From: Longivirga aurantiaca
GTDB taxonomy: Bacteria; Actinomycetota; Actinomycetes; S36-B12; CAIYMF01
NCBI RefSeq assembly: GCF_042660085.1
Contig: NZ_JBHSTI010000008.1
Coordinates: forward strand, 1,329,876-1,361,875
Length of the DNA: 32,000 bases
Reading direction: 5' to 3'
The translations under genes and the position numbers were made by a program. Below, piece after piece: positions 9,413 to 18,192 of this stretch. Below the pieces are notes generated by a model, which saw only the letters and a list, made by a program, of their open reading frames with translations, made no database searches and was not told the origin of the DNA. Positions within the stretch are counted from its first letter, which is position 1. Each line of letters opens with the position of its first letter.

Positions 9413-10261
9413 ATGACGACAACGAGAGGTGCGGCCCTCGTGACCGGCTGCTCCACCGGCATCGGCCGTGCGACGGCCCTCGCGCTCCACGAGGCGGGGC
9501 TGGCCGTCGTAGCGACCGCCCGGCGCGCGGAGACGCTCGCGGACCTCGCTGCCCTCGGCATCGAGACCCTCGCTCTCGACGTGACGTCGGAGGAGTCGAT
9601 GACCGAGGCGGTCCGTGCGGTGGAGGAGCGGCACGGGCACGTGTCGGTGCTCGTCAACAACGCCGGCTACGCCCTGCAGGGGCCGGTCGAGGAGACGGCG
9701 ATCGAGGCCGTTCGCGACCAGTTCGAGACCAACGTGGTCGGCCTCGTCCGGCTGACCCAGCTCGTGCTCCCCGGGATGCGCGCGGCGGGAGCCGGCAGGG
9801 TGGTGAACATCGGCTCGATGGGTGGCCGGTTCACCTTCCCGGGCGGTGGTTTCTACCACGCCAGCAAGCACGCGGTGGAGGCGGTGAGCGACGCGCTCCG
9901 CCTGGAGGTCGCACCGTTCGGCGTCACGGTCGTGCTCATCCAGCCCGGCCCGGTGCATTCGGCCTTCGTCGACGCAGCGATCGCCACGCTCGACACGGGA
10001 GCCGGCCCCTACGCCGAGTTCCGCGGCGAGCTGGCCGAGCGCTACCGCCAGGCGTACGACGGATCCGGCTCGAACCTCGAGATCACGCCCGAGACGGTGG
10101 CCGCCGTCGTGGTGAGGGCGGCGACGTCGAGCCGTCCGCGCGCACGCTATGCCGTGGGCCTGATGGCCAAGGCGCTCATCACCATGCGCCGCCTCCTGCC
10201 CGACGCCGCCTGGGACGGGATCATCCGGCGCGTGTGGCCGACGCCGCAGGCGCCGCGCTAG
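9413..10261 (+). CDS. SDR family oxidoreductase
   Basis: ALVTGCSTGIGRA (TGxxxGIG), NNAG and the catalytic YHASKHA. The inner ATG at 9413 follows a GGTGGAGA RBS. The listed ORF from 8726 overlaps the previous gene out of frame. Confidence 0.9.
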   Translation: MTTTRGAALVTGCSTGIGRATALALHEAGLAVVATARRAETLADLAALGIETLALDVTSEESMTEAVRAVEERHGHVSVLVNNAGYALQGPVEETAIEAVRDQFETNVVGLVRLTQLVLPGMRAAGAGRVVNIGSMGGRFTFPGGGFYHASKHAVEAVSDALRLEVAPFGVTVVLIQPGPVHSAFVDAAIATLDTGAGPYAEFRGELAERYRQAYDGSGSNLEITPETVAAVVVRAATSSRPRARYAVGLMAKALITMRRLLPDAAWDGIIRRVWPTPQAPR

Positions 10262-10776
10262 TCGAGGCGCTTGAGCTCGGCGCGGTACCAGTGACCGTTC
10301 TGCACGTACTTCGCGACGGCGTGCCCGAACGCCCCCTCGGCGACGGCGTCCTCGCGGATCCTCACCGGCACCCCGAGCGCCATGGCACGCGAGGGGACCT
10401 CGGTGCCGTTGGGCACGAGCGCCGACGCCCCGATCAGCGCACCGCGGCGTACCACCACCCGGTGCAGCACCACCGAGCCGGAACCCACGAGGCAGTCGTC
10501 CTCGATCGTGCATCCTTCGAGGTGGGCGTTGTGCCCGACGACGCAGCGGTCGCCGATGATCGTCGGGTTGTCCTCCGTGCAGTGGACGACGGTCCCGTCC
10601 TGCACCGAGGTCCGGGCACCCACCACGATGCGCCCGTGGTCGCCGCGCAGGACCGCTGTCGGCCAGACGGTCGACTCGGGACCGATGGTGACGTCGCCGA
10701 TGACGACCGCGTCCGGGTGGACGAACGCGCTGGGGTCGATCGAGGGGATCCGGTCGCCGAGGGCGTAGACGGGCAC
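10258..10776 (-). CDS. Gamma carbonic anhydrase family / hexapeptide-repeat protein
   Basis: VPVYALGDRIPSIDPSAFVHPDAVVIGDV... is a left-handed beta-helix repeat pattern typical of YrdA/PaaY-like proteins. GTG start at 10776 with a GGAGG RBS 5 nt upstream. Confidence 0.9.
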   Translation of the reverse strand: MPVYALGDRIPSIDPSAFVHPDAVVIGDVTIGPESTVWPTAVLRGDHGRIVVGARTSVQDGTVVHCTEDNPTIIGDRCVVGHNAHLEGCTIEDDCLVGSGSVVLHRVVVRRGALIGASALVPNGTEVPSRAMALGVPVRIREDAVAEGAFGHAVAKYVQNGHWYRAELKRLD

Positions 10777-10964
10777 AGGTACCTCCGGGGTGACGGGCGG
10801 GCGGGCGTGTGAGCCATCCCACCACCTCCGCGTACGGAGCCTCGCGCCGGCTGGGATGATTCCGCGCGTCAGCGCTGTTTGGGCCGCTGCAGCACCCCCG
10901 CTGCGTCCCGGAGGACGACGTCGGGCACGGCACGGACCGCACGCGTAGAGGACGAGACTGACTG

Positions 10965-11261
10965 ATGGCAACCGATTACGACGCACCCCGCAAGACCGAC
11001 GACGAGCTCGCCGAGGACTCCCTCGAGGAGCTGAAGGCGCAGCGCGCCACCAAGGCCGCCTCCAGCGTCGACGTGGACGAGGTCGAGCTCGCCGAGAACC
11101 TCGAGCTGCCCGGCGCGGACCTGTCGGACGAGTCGCTCACCGTCCGGGTGATCCCGCGGCAGGCGGACGAGTTCACCTGTGTGAAGTGCTTCCTGGTGCA
11201 CCACCGCAGCCAGCTGGCCAAGGAGACCGCCGACGGGCCCGTGTGCCGCGACTGCGCCTAG
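10965..11261 (+). CDS. DUF4193 family small protein (acidic N-terminus, C-terminal CxxC...CxxC)
   Basis: 98 aa: MATDYDAPRKTDDELAEDSLEELK ... CVKCFLVHHRSQLAKETADGPVCRDCA. It recalls the M. tuberculosis Rv2699c family. Confidence 0.85.
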   Translation: MATDYDAPRKTDDELAEDSLEELKAQRATKAASSVDVDEVELAENLELPGADLSDESLTVRVIPRQADEFTCVKCFLVHHRSQLAKETADGPVCRDCA

Positions 11262-11298
11262 GCACGGCAGCACCACCCGGGACGTGCGAGGCTGAAGC

Positions 11299-12096
11299 AT
11301 GAGCGACCCGCAGCAGCCAGCGCCGGACGACGGTCGCGAGGTGGCCGACCTCGTCACCCGGCTCTCCGACTCCGACGCCACCCGCCGCGACCGCGCTGCC
11401 GTCCTCGGCCGGCTCTCCCAGGTGACCGCGGCCCGCGCGAAGGAGGCCGGCCTCAAGGCCGTGGGGAGCGGCAAGTACATGGCCGACCTCCTGCTCGAGG
11501 CCGCGCCGCACATCCCGGTCCGCGACCTCGAGACCCTCACCCAGCACCACAAGGGCCTGACGGGCGACGCCCTCGCCGATGCCCTCGTCCGCAACGCCCA
11601 GCGCGCGACCGCGGGGATCGGAGCGGCGGGCGGGGCGGTGGCGGCGGCGGAGTGGGCGGCGATGCCGGTGCTCGTGGCCGTCCCCCTCGAGGTGGTGGTC
11701 GAGACCCTCGCCGTGGCGGCGGTGGAGGTGAAGCTCACCGCTGAGCTGCACGCCGTCTACGGCATCCCCGTCGAGGGCACGGGCACCCAGCGGGCGATCG
11801 CGTTCACCGGCGCGTGGGCGAGCCGTCGCGGCCTCGACCCCATGCGGCCGTGGACGATCCCCAACGTCCTCGGCATCGCCGGTCGGCAGCAGCTCGCGAA
11901 GCGGATGCTCGGCAGGTTCGCGCGCAACCTCGGCACCGTGGTGCCGTTCCTCATCGGTGCGGTGGTCGGCGCCCGCGTGAACCACCGCGAGACCAAGCAT
12001 CTCGGCGACGTGCTGCGCGCGGACCTGAGCCGGGTCGCGGCCGAGCGCTCCGCCGCGGCGGCGGCACCGATGATCGAGCCGCCCACGTCCCGCTAG
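11299..12096 (+). CDS. Hypothetical protein, Ala/Gly/Val-rich, probably membrane-associated
   Basis: 265-aa ORF with strong GC3 bias. A hydrophobic central segment (AAMPVLVAVPLEVVVETLAVAAVEV) and a second one near the C-terminus. I do not confidently recognise a family. Confidence 0.65.
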   Translation: MSDPQQPAPDDGREVADLVTRLSDSDATRRDRAAVLGRLSQVTAARAKEAGLKAVGSGKYMADLLLEAAPHIPVRDLETLTQHHKGLTGDALADALVRNAQRATAGIGAAGGAVAAAEWAAMPVLVAVPLEVVVETLAVAAVEVKLTAELHAVYGIPVEGTGTQRAIAFTGAWASRRGLDPMRPWTIPNVLGIAGRQQLAKRMLGRFARNLGTVVPFLIGAVVGARVNHRETKHLGDVLRADLSRVAAERSAAAAAPMIEPPTSR

Positions 12097-12386
12097 GCGG
12101 AGATCGACCGGTGCTTCGGGGCGGTCATCCGGTCGATCGCCACGTTGACCATGGCGATCGCGACGGCGGTGGCGGCGGCGTACACGAGCACGCGGCCGAT
12201 GTTGACCTCGCGGTCCGCGGCCTTGGGCGGAGCGGCACCCGTGGTCTTCTGGTAGACGCCGTCGAGGGCCTTGCGCACCAGCCAGCCGGCACCGAGGGCG
12301 AGCACTGGTGCGGCGATCTTGAGCGCGGTCGACACCTCGACGAGGTCGTCGTCGTCCAGGGCGGGGAGCTCGAGGTCGTCGGACAT
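12093..12386 (-). CDS. DUF4235-like small membrane protein
   Basis: 97 aa starting at the inner ATG (12386), with a GGAGGG RBS upstream. The pattern ...GWLVRKALDGVYQKTTGAAPP...VLVYAAATAVAIAMV resembles DUF4235. The upstream part of the listed 466-aa ORF is Arg/Pro junk. Confidence 0.7.
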   Translation of the reverse strand: MSDDLELPALDDDDLVEVSTALKIAAPVLALGAGWLVRKALDGVYQKTTGAAPPKAADREVNIGRVLVYAAATAVAIAMVNVAIDRMTAPKHRSISA

Positions 12387-12418
12387 GGGTCCCTCCGGTG
12401 CAGGTGGTGCGGTCGGGG

Positions 12419-12925
12419 TCAGCCTGCCACGTCGCGCGCCGCATCGCGTGCGGCTGCGAGGACAGGCGCGAGCTCCCGGCCCCGTCTGGTCGAGACGAGC
12501 CAGTACGGGTGCGGGTCGTCGGGGTCGTCCACCTCGACGAGCACCGAGGCCGGGACCCACCCGCGCAGGCAGAGGTAGGCACGCTTGTCGCCCCGCGTGC
12601 CGCGGGCGTCGCGGGTGCGCGCGGCGTCGAAGACCGCGACGCGGCCGACGTGCCGGAGCGGGAGGCGGGCGCGTCCGGCGCGCAGGACGGCGTCGTCGAC
12701 GACGACCAGGGGCGCGGTGACGAGCAGCAGCGCAGCAAGCACGGCCTCGGCGACGACGAACGTGATGACGCCTGCGACCGCGCCGAGGCGGAACCCGTAG
12801 GCGACGCCCAGGGTGAGCATGAGCACGGTGCCGAGCAGCCACATCCACCACGGCGCGTGCAGCCGCTCCCGGTAGGCGACGACGCTGCCGTCGAGGCCCT
12901 CGGCGGTCGGCTGGGTGCTGGCCAT
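12419..12925 (-). CDS. DUF3093 family membrane protein
   Basis: 168 aa from the ATG at 12925. Two N-terminal TM helices (WWMWLLGTVLMLTLGVAY, VITFVVAEAVLAALLLV) are followed by a soluble domain. Its position next to dut matches the Rv2698 family. Confidence 0.75.
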   Translation of the reverse strand: MASTQPTAEGLDGSVVAYRERLHAPWWMWLLGTVLMLTLGVAYGFRLGAVAGVITFVVAEAVLAALLLVTAPLVVVDDAVLRAGRARLPLRHVGRVAVFDAARTRDARGTRGDKRAYLCLRGWVPASVLVEVDDPDDPHPYWLVSTRRGRELAPVLAAARDAARDVAG

Positions 12926-12977
12926 GACCCGAGCCTGCCACGGCTGGCGCGGGCGCCCGACGGGTAGGGTCGCCGAC

Positions 12978-13586
12978 GTGACGAGCGACGCCGCGATCCC
13001 CTCGCGCGGTGGGCTGCTGCCCACCACACCGCCCGCGGACGCCGTGCTGCCCGAGCGCAACCCGAACGCGCCGGCGCCCGGCCAGCCGATCCCGAGCCAC
13101 TACACCCGCTGCTTCGTCTGCGGCGACGACCACGACGCCGGCCTCCGGCTCGAGGTGATCGCGGGGGAGGGGCTCTCGCTCACCGGCTCCTTCACCGTGT
13201 CCGAGCACCACCAGGGCGCCCCCGGGCTCGCGCACGGCGGCCTCCTGACCGCCGCGTTCGACGACGCGCTGGGGTCGCTCAACTGGCTGCTGTCGGCGCC
13301 GGCCGTGACCGGGCGGCTCGAGACCGACTTCCGGCGTCCGGTGCCGGTCGGCTCGACCCTGCACATCCGCGCCGAGGTCGTCGGCGTCAAGGGCCGCAAG
13401 GTCTTCACCAAGGCGGTCGGCCGCCTCGGCTCTGCCGACGGCCCGGTGGCGCTGACCGCGGCGGCGCTGTTCATCCAGGTGCCGATCGAGCACTTCACGT
13501 CCAACGGGCGCCCCGAGGACGTCGCGAAGGCGCGCGAGGACCGTGCGGTACGACGTAGCGTCGAGAACCTCGAGGTGAACCCGTGA
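12978..13586 (+). CDS. PaaI/hotdog-fold thioesterase
   Basis: [37 protein letters not shown] and the core that follows are typical of 4HBT/PaaI-type hotdog proteins. The start is uncertain: GTG 12978 is preferred, and GTG 12915 or ATG 12924 are also in frame. The stop overlaps the dut start (GTGA). Confidence 0.78.
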   Translation: MTSDAAIPSRGGLLPTTPPADAVLPERNPNAPAPGQPIPSHYTRCFVCGDDHDAGLRLEVIAGEGLSLTGSFTVSEHHQGAPGLAHGGLLTAAFDDALGSLNWLLSAPAVTGRLETDFRRPVPVGSTLHIRAEVVGVKGRKVFTKAVGRLGSADGPVALTAAALFIQVPIEHFTSNGRPEDVAKAREDRAVRRSVENLEVNP

Positions 13587-14044
13587 CGACCGCGCCCCGG
13601 CCCCCGCATGCCGTCGACGTGCTGCTGCAGCGCCTCGACCCCGGCGTGCCCGCGCCCGCGTACGCCCACCCCGGCGACGCGGGCGTCGACCTCGTCACGA
13701 CCCTCGACGCGGAGGTCGCGCCGGGGGAGCGCGTCCTGCTGCCGACCGGGATCGCCATCGCGCTCCCGGACGGCTACGCAGCCTTCGTGCATCCGCGCTC
13801 GGGCCTGGCGGTGAAGTACGGCGTGTCCCTCGTCAACGCCCCCGGCACGGTCGACGCCGGGTACCGCGGTGAGATCAAGGTCTCGCTGGTGAACCTCGAC
13901 CCGCGGGAGCCGGTCGTGCTGCACCGCGGTGACCGCATCGCCCAGCTCGTCGTCCAGAGGGTGGAGCACGCGGTGTTCCACGAGGTCGAGAGGCTGCCGG
14001 GCTCGGACCGCGGCGAGGGTGGATTCGGCTCGTCCGGCCGCTAG
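13583..14044 (+). CDS. dut: dUTP diphosphatase
   Basis: [27 protein letters not shown] and the C-terminal GxGGFGSSG motifs. Confidence 0.95.
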   Translation: MTTAPRPPHAVDVLLQRLDPGVPAPAYAHPGDAGVDLVTTLDAEVAPGERVLLPTGIAIALPDGYAAFVHPRSGLAVKYGVSLVNAPGTVDAGYRGEIKVSLVNLDPREPVVLHRGDRIAQLVVQRVEHAVFHEVERLPGSDRGEGGFGSSGR

Positions 14045-14097
14045 CGTCACAATCGTCCGGGGCGCCCGCCCCGTCCATGCCAGCTGAAGGAGTCCCG

Positions 14098-14877
14098 GTG
14101 TTCCGTCGCCGCAAGGGTCAGGACACGCCGTCCGCCGACGAGGTGCTCGAGGACGGCCTCGACGCCGAGCTCGAGTCCGATGAGACCGACGAGGCCGACG
14201 AGCCGGCGGCCCCTGTCGTCGACCGCTCGGGCGGTCCGTTCGACACCTCCGAGGTGCCGGACGACGGGCTCACCCGCCTCGACCTCGGTGGCCTGCGCGT
14301 CGCCGGCGCCGAGGGCATGGAGATCCGGCTCGAGGTCGATGAGGCCACCCAGAACGTCATGGCCGTCACGATCGTGTCCGGCGACTCCGCGATGCAGCTG
14401 ACCGCCTTCGCGGCCCCGCGCACCGAGGGCATCTGGGACGACGTACGCCGCGACATCCGCAACAACCTCGCGGGCAACGGCACGGTGGACGAGGTCGACG
14501 GACCGCTCGGCCCCGAGCTGCGCGCGACGCTCTCGCTGCAGGGCCCCGACGGCAAGCAGGTCTCCCAGCCGGTCCGCTTCGTCGGGGTGGACGGGCCCCG
14601 ATGGTTCCTGCGCGGACTGTTCACCGGCCGCGGTGCGCGCGACGCCGCTGCTGCGGCGCCGCTCGAGGCGGTCCTCCGGGCGACCGTCGTGGTCCGCGGC
14701 GACGAGGCCATGGCCCCCGGCGACGCGCTCCCGCTGAACGTGCCGACCGCGCTGCCGGACGGCATGTCCCAGACCGGCGGAGCAGACGCGGAGGGCGACG
14801 AGGACGACGCCGCTCCCGACCGCCGCACCCCCCTGCCCCCGCCCGTGCGCGGCCCGGAGATCACCGAAATCCGCTAG
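14098..14877 (+). CDS. DUF3710 family protein
   Basis: VFRRRKG... is followed by an acidic linker and then GPFD...LDLGGLRV...MQLTAFAAPR...GPRWFLRG. I take the GTG at 14098 (GAAGGAG RBS 5 nt upstream). The listed ORF starts at 14077. It sits immediately downstream of dut, as Rv2696c does. Confidence 0.8.
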   Translation: MFRRRKGQDTPSADEVLEDGLDAELESDETDEADEPAAPVVDRSGGPFDTSEVPDDGLTRLDLGGLRVAGAEGMEIRLEVDEATQNVMAVTIVSGDSAMQLTAFAAPRTEGIWDDVRRDIRNNLAGNGTVDEVDGPLGPELRATLSLQGPDGKQVSQPVRFVGVDGPRWFLRGLFTGRGARDAAAAAPLEAVLRATVVVRGDEAMAPGDALPLNVPTALPDGMSQTGGADAEGDEDDAAPDRRTPLPPPVRGPEITEIR

Positions 14878-15569
14878 CGGTCCAGCACCGCGCGCGCCGC
14901 CCGGCCGAGGGCGCCGCGGTCGGTGCCGGGTGCATCGCGCGGCACGACGACGAGCCGAGCCCGGGGGATCGCGTCCGCCCACGCCTCCGCGACGGCGGCC
15001 GGGTGGAGCGGGTCGTCCGCGAGCGCCACGACCACCGTGCGCGCCCGGATGCGCGCGAGCTCGTCGAGGGTGGGGGCTGCGCTCGCGGCGGCCGCGCGCA
15101 GCGACGCGGCAAGGGCCTGCGGATCGGCGTCCGACCACGACCGCACGAGCTCGTCTACGACCCAGTCGTGGCCGGCCACGGCCTGCAGCCGCGCCAGGAT
15201 CCCGCCGACGCCGTCGCGCTCGATCTCGTCGGCGCTCGCGGCGGTGAGGGCGGCGACGCCGTCGGGCTCACCGGTCCACGCCGGCATCGCCAGCACCAGG
15301 TCGGGTGCCATGCCCGGCTGCTCCGCGGCCCAGTGCGCCACGGCGTGGGCGCCCAGCGAGATGCCCCCCACCAGGTCGACGGTGCGGCCGGAGGCCTCGA
15401 CGCGGCCGACGGCGGACCGGATCGTGGCCACGACGTCCTCCAGCGTGCCGCGCGCGTACGGTGCCTCGTGGACCCAGCCGGGGGCCGCCGCACCGAGGAG
15501 GCGTCGCGCAGCATCGGGCGCGGACCCCGACCCGTGCACCAGCAGCGCGACGGGCGGAGTAGAGGGCAC
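14874..15569 (-). CDS. Alpha/beta hydrolase fold protein
   Basis: 231 aa with LLVHGSGS near the N-terminus and a nucleophile elbow GISLG. GTG start. Confidence 0.72.
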   Translation of the reverse strand: MPSTPPVALLVHGSGSAPDAARRLLGAAAPGWVHEAPYARGTLEDVVATIRSAVGRVEASGRTVDLVGGISLGAHAVAHWAAEQPGMAPDLVLAMPAWTGEPDGVAALTAASADEIERDGVGGILARLQAVAGHDWVVDELVRSWSDADPQALAASLRAAAASAAPTLDELARIRARTVVVALADDPLHPAAVAEAWADAIPRARLVVVPRDAPGTDRGALGRAARAVLDR

Positions 15570-15637
15570 GGGACGATCCTGGCACCGGTCGTGCAGCCTG
15601 CGCGGCAGGGCTGGGCGTCGCGGGTTAGCCTGGGCAG

Positions 15638-16009
15638 GTGAGCAGCAGCCGTCGCGGCCCCTTCGCTCGCCTGCTGCGCACGCAGGCCGAGGTCGATGCC
15701 GACCGCCTCGAGACCGAGGCCACCGCGCAGGGCGCGACCCTCGTCCGCGACTGCCAGGGCGGCTGCGTCAGCACCGTGTCCGGCCGGCTCCGCTCGGTCA
15801 CGCTCCGGCCGGTAGGCAAGGCACCCGCCGTCGAGGCCGAGCTCTGGGACGGCACCGGACGCCTCACCCTGCTGTTCCTCGGCCGACGCCGGATCCCGGG
15901 GATCACGCCCGGACGCCACGTCGTGGTGCACGGCCGCGCGATCGTCCGCGACGGCGACCGCACGATGGTCAACCCGCGGTACGAGCTCGTGCCGTCGTCG
16001 GCGGAGTGA
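15638..16009 (+). CDS. OB-fold nucleic-acid-binding domain protein
   Basis: 123 aa: ...VSGRLRSVTLRPVGKAPAVEAELWDGTGRLTLLFLGRRRIPGITPGRHVVVHGR...NPRYELV. Pattern and position match the Rv2694c family as I recall it. Confidence 0.7.
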   Translation: MSSSRRGPFARLLRTQAEVDADRLETEATAQGATLVRDCQGGCVSTVSGRLRSVTLRPVGKAPAVEAELWDGTGRLTLLFLGRRRIPGITPGRHVVVHGRAIVRDGDRTMVNPRYELVPSSAE

Positions 16010-16010
16010 C

Positions 16011-16751
16011 GTGAGCACCTCCGACGACGCGTCCGCCGCACCGGACGCCGACCACCACGCGCTGGCCGAGGCACTGCACCTCGAGGGCGGCACCGGCAGG
16101 CCGGGCGACGCCACCACCGAGCAGCTCATGGCCAACGCGATCGGCGGCTGGCGCGGGCTGATCGACGGCTCGCTGCCGTCGCTCGTCTTCCTCGTGGTCT
16201 TCCTCGTCACCGGCCAGCAGCTGATGCCTGCGGTGTGGGGGGCCGTGGTAGCCGGGGCCCTCATCGCGGTGCTGCGCCTCGTGCGCCGCCAGTCGCTGCA
16301 GCAGGTGCTGTCGGGCTTCATCGGCGTCGCCTTCTGCGCCTGGTTCGCCAGCCGCACCGGCAACGCCGAGGACTTCTACCTGCCGGGCCTCCTCATCAAC
16401 GTCGCCTACGGCACTGCGCTCGCGATCTCCTGCCTGGTCGGCCACCCCCTGCTGGGGTACGCCGTCGGCGCGGCAACCGGTGACGTCACCGGCTGGCGCC
16501 GCGTCCCCGAGCAGCGCCGCGCGTATGCGCTCGCCACCTGGTTCTTCGTGGCGGTGTTCGCGGGTCGGCTGCTCGTGCAGGTGCCGCTCTACCTCGCCGG
16601 CGCGGTGGGCGCGCTGGGCACGGCCAAGCTGTTCATGGGCTGGCCGCTGTTCGCCCTGGCGGCGTACCTCTCGTTCCGCGTCATCACCCGCGCACGCCGC
16701 GAGGCCCCCGTCCCCGAGCTCGAGCCCGAGGTCGAGCCCGCCTCGGACTGA
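16011..16751 (+). CDS. DUF3159 family integral membrane protein
   Basis: 246 aa with several TM segments. Starts 1 nt after the OB-fold gene stop. Position matches the Rv2693c family. Confidence 0.75.
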   Translation: MSTSDDASAAPDADHHALAEALHLEGGTGRPGDATTEQLMANAIGGWRGLIDGSLPSLVFLVVFLVTGQQLMPAVWGAVVAGALIAVLRLVRRQSLQQVLSGFIGVAFCAWFASRTGNAEDFYLPGLLINVAYGTALAISCLVGHPLLGYAVGAATGDVTGWRRVPEQRRAYALATWFFVAVFAGRLLVQVPLYLAGAVGALGTAKLFMGWPLFALAAYLSFRVITRARREAPVPELEPEVEPASD

Positions 16752-16753
16752 CG

Positions 16754-16788
16754 AATCCGTCGCCTCCCGGCTCGGGAGACGACGGATT
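16754..16788. terminator. Stem-loop between convergent genes (candidate bidirectional terminator)
   Basis: AATCCGTCGCCTCCCG / CGGGAGACGACGGATT: a 16-bp stem with one mismatch and a 3-nt loop. No U-tract. Confidence 0.6.
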
Positions 16789-16808
16789 GATCAGGGTGAG
16801 CGGGTGGG

Positions 16809-17465
16809 TCAGTCGCCCAGCAGGTCTTCGAGCGCGGACTCCTGCTCGTCCGAGGCGACGAAGAGGAGCTCGTCGCCGGCTTCGAGGGAGTCGTCCGGGG
16901 ACGGCGCGATCACGCGAGAGTCGCGGATGATCGCCACGAGCGCGGTGTCGACGGGCCAGGTGACGTCGCCGACCCGCGAGCCCACCACGCCAGCCGACGC
17001 CGGCAGCGTCATCTCGACGAGGTTGGCGTCGCCCTGGCGGAACGTGAACAGCCGCACGAGGTCGCCGACGGTCACCGCCTCCTCGACGAGCGCGGAGAGC
17101 ATGCGGGGGGTCGAGACCGCGACGTCGACGCCCCACGCCTCGTCGAACATCCACTCGTTCTTGGGGTGGTTCACGCGCGCCACGACGCGCGGCACGCCGT
17201 ACTCGGTCTTGGCCAGCAGCGACACGACGAGATTGACCTTGTCGTCGCCGGTCGCGGCGATGAGCACCTGGCACGCGGGGAGGTCGGCCTCGTCGAGGAC
17301 CGCGATCTCGCAGGTGTCGCCGAGCAGCACCTCGGCTCCGGCCACGACGCCTTCGCGGCCCTTGTCGGGGTCGCGGTCGATGAGCAGCACCTGGTGGTAG
17401 TTGCTGAGCAGCTCGCGGGCGATGGCGCGGCCCACCTTGCCGGCTCCGGCGATGGCGACCCTCAT
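16809..17465 (-). CDS. trkA: TrkA/RCK potassium-transport regulatory protein (TrkA-N + TrkA-C)
   Basis: MRVAIAGAGKVGRAIA is a Rossmann GxGxxG motif, with a C-terminal TrkA-C-like half. Its start overlaps the stop of the upstream paralogue (ATGA). Confidence 0.9.
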   Translation of the reverse strand: MRVAIAGAGKVGRAIARELLSNYHQVLLIDRDPDKGREGVVAGAEVLLGDTCEIAVLDEADLPACQVLIAATGDDKVNLVVSLLAKTEYGVPRVVARVNHPKNEWMFDEAWGVDVAVSTPRMLSALVEEAVTVGDLVRLFTFRQGDANLVEMTLPASAGVVGSRVGDVTWPVDTALVAIIRDSRVIAPSPDDSLEAGDELLFVASDEQESALEDLLGD

Positions 17466-18127
17466 GCCGATCCCTCCGGCCCAGCGGCGAACACGGACTG
17501 CACCTCGGCGCGCCGTGACGGGTCGAGCAGCACGTGCAGGAGGTCGTCGGCCTGCACGACCGTCTCGGTGTCCGGGATCAGTCCCTCGCCGAAGCGGGTG
17601 ATGAAGCCGATGCGGGTGCGCGACTCGCGCTCGAGCCGGGTGATGCGGTGGCCGATCCAGCCCTCGCCGGCGCGCACCTGGGTGAGCGCCACCTTGCCGG
17701 AGCCGTCGCGCCACTCGTCGTCGACGGCCTCGGGGAGGATCCGGCGCAGGATCTGGTCGGTCTGCCACGCGACGCTCGCGACGGTGGGGATGCCGAGGCG
17801 CTGGTAGACCTCGGCGCGGCGGGGGTCGTAGATGCGGGCGACGACGTTCTCGACGCCGAAGGTCTCGCGTGCGACGCGCGCGGCGAGGATGTTGGAGTTG
17901 TCGCCGCTGCTGACGGCCGCGAACGCGTGGGCACGCTCGATCCCGGCCTCGACGAGCCGGTCGCGGTCGAACCCGATCCCGGTGATCGTCGTCCCGGTGA
18001 AGCTGGGGTGCAGCTTGCGGAAGCTCGAGGTCTCCTGGTCGATCACGGCGACCGAGTGACCGGCGTCGTTGAGGGTGTGGGCCAGCGCGGACCCCACGCG
18101 GCCGCACCCCATGATCACTACGTGCAC
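17462..18127 (-). CDS. trkA: TrkA/RCK potassium-transport regulatory protein (TrkA-N + TrkA-C)
   Basis: VHVVIMGCGRVGSALA Rossmann motif, GDNSNILAARVA, and a C-terminal TrkA-C-like half. GTG start. Confidence 0.9.
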   Translation of the reverse strand: MHVVIMGCGRVGSALAHTLNDAGHSVAVIDQETSSFRKLHPSFTGTTITGIGFDRDRLVEAGIERAHAFAAVSSGDNSNILAARVARETFGVENVVARIYDPRRAEVYQRLGIPTVASVAWQTDQILRRILPEAVDDEWRDGSGKVALTQVRAGEGWIGHRITRLERESRTRIGFITRFGEGLIPDTETVVQADDLLHVLLDPSRRAEVQSVFAAGPEGSA

Positions 18128-18192
18128 GTTCGCAGACGCTACACGCCGGACCTCCGCCGCCGTGGGCCGGACGGCGCGTAGGGTGTGCCGAC

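Noticed and set aside
18128-18192. Possible c-di-AMP (ydaO-type) or other riboswitch controlling the K+ transport genes
   Set aside because: The divergent intergenic region is only 65 nt. That is too short for a ydaO-class aptamer, and I saw no conserved riboswitch features.
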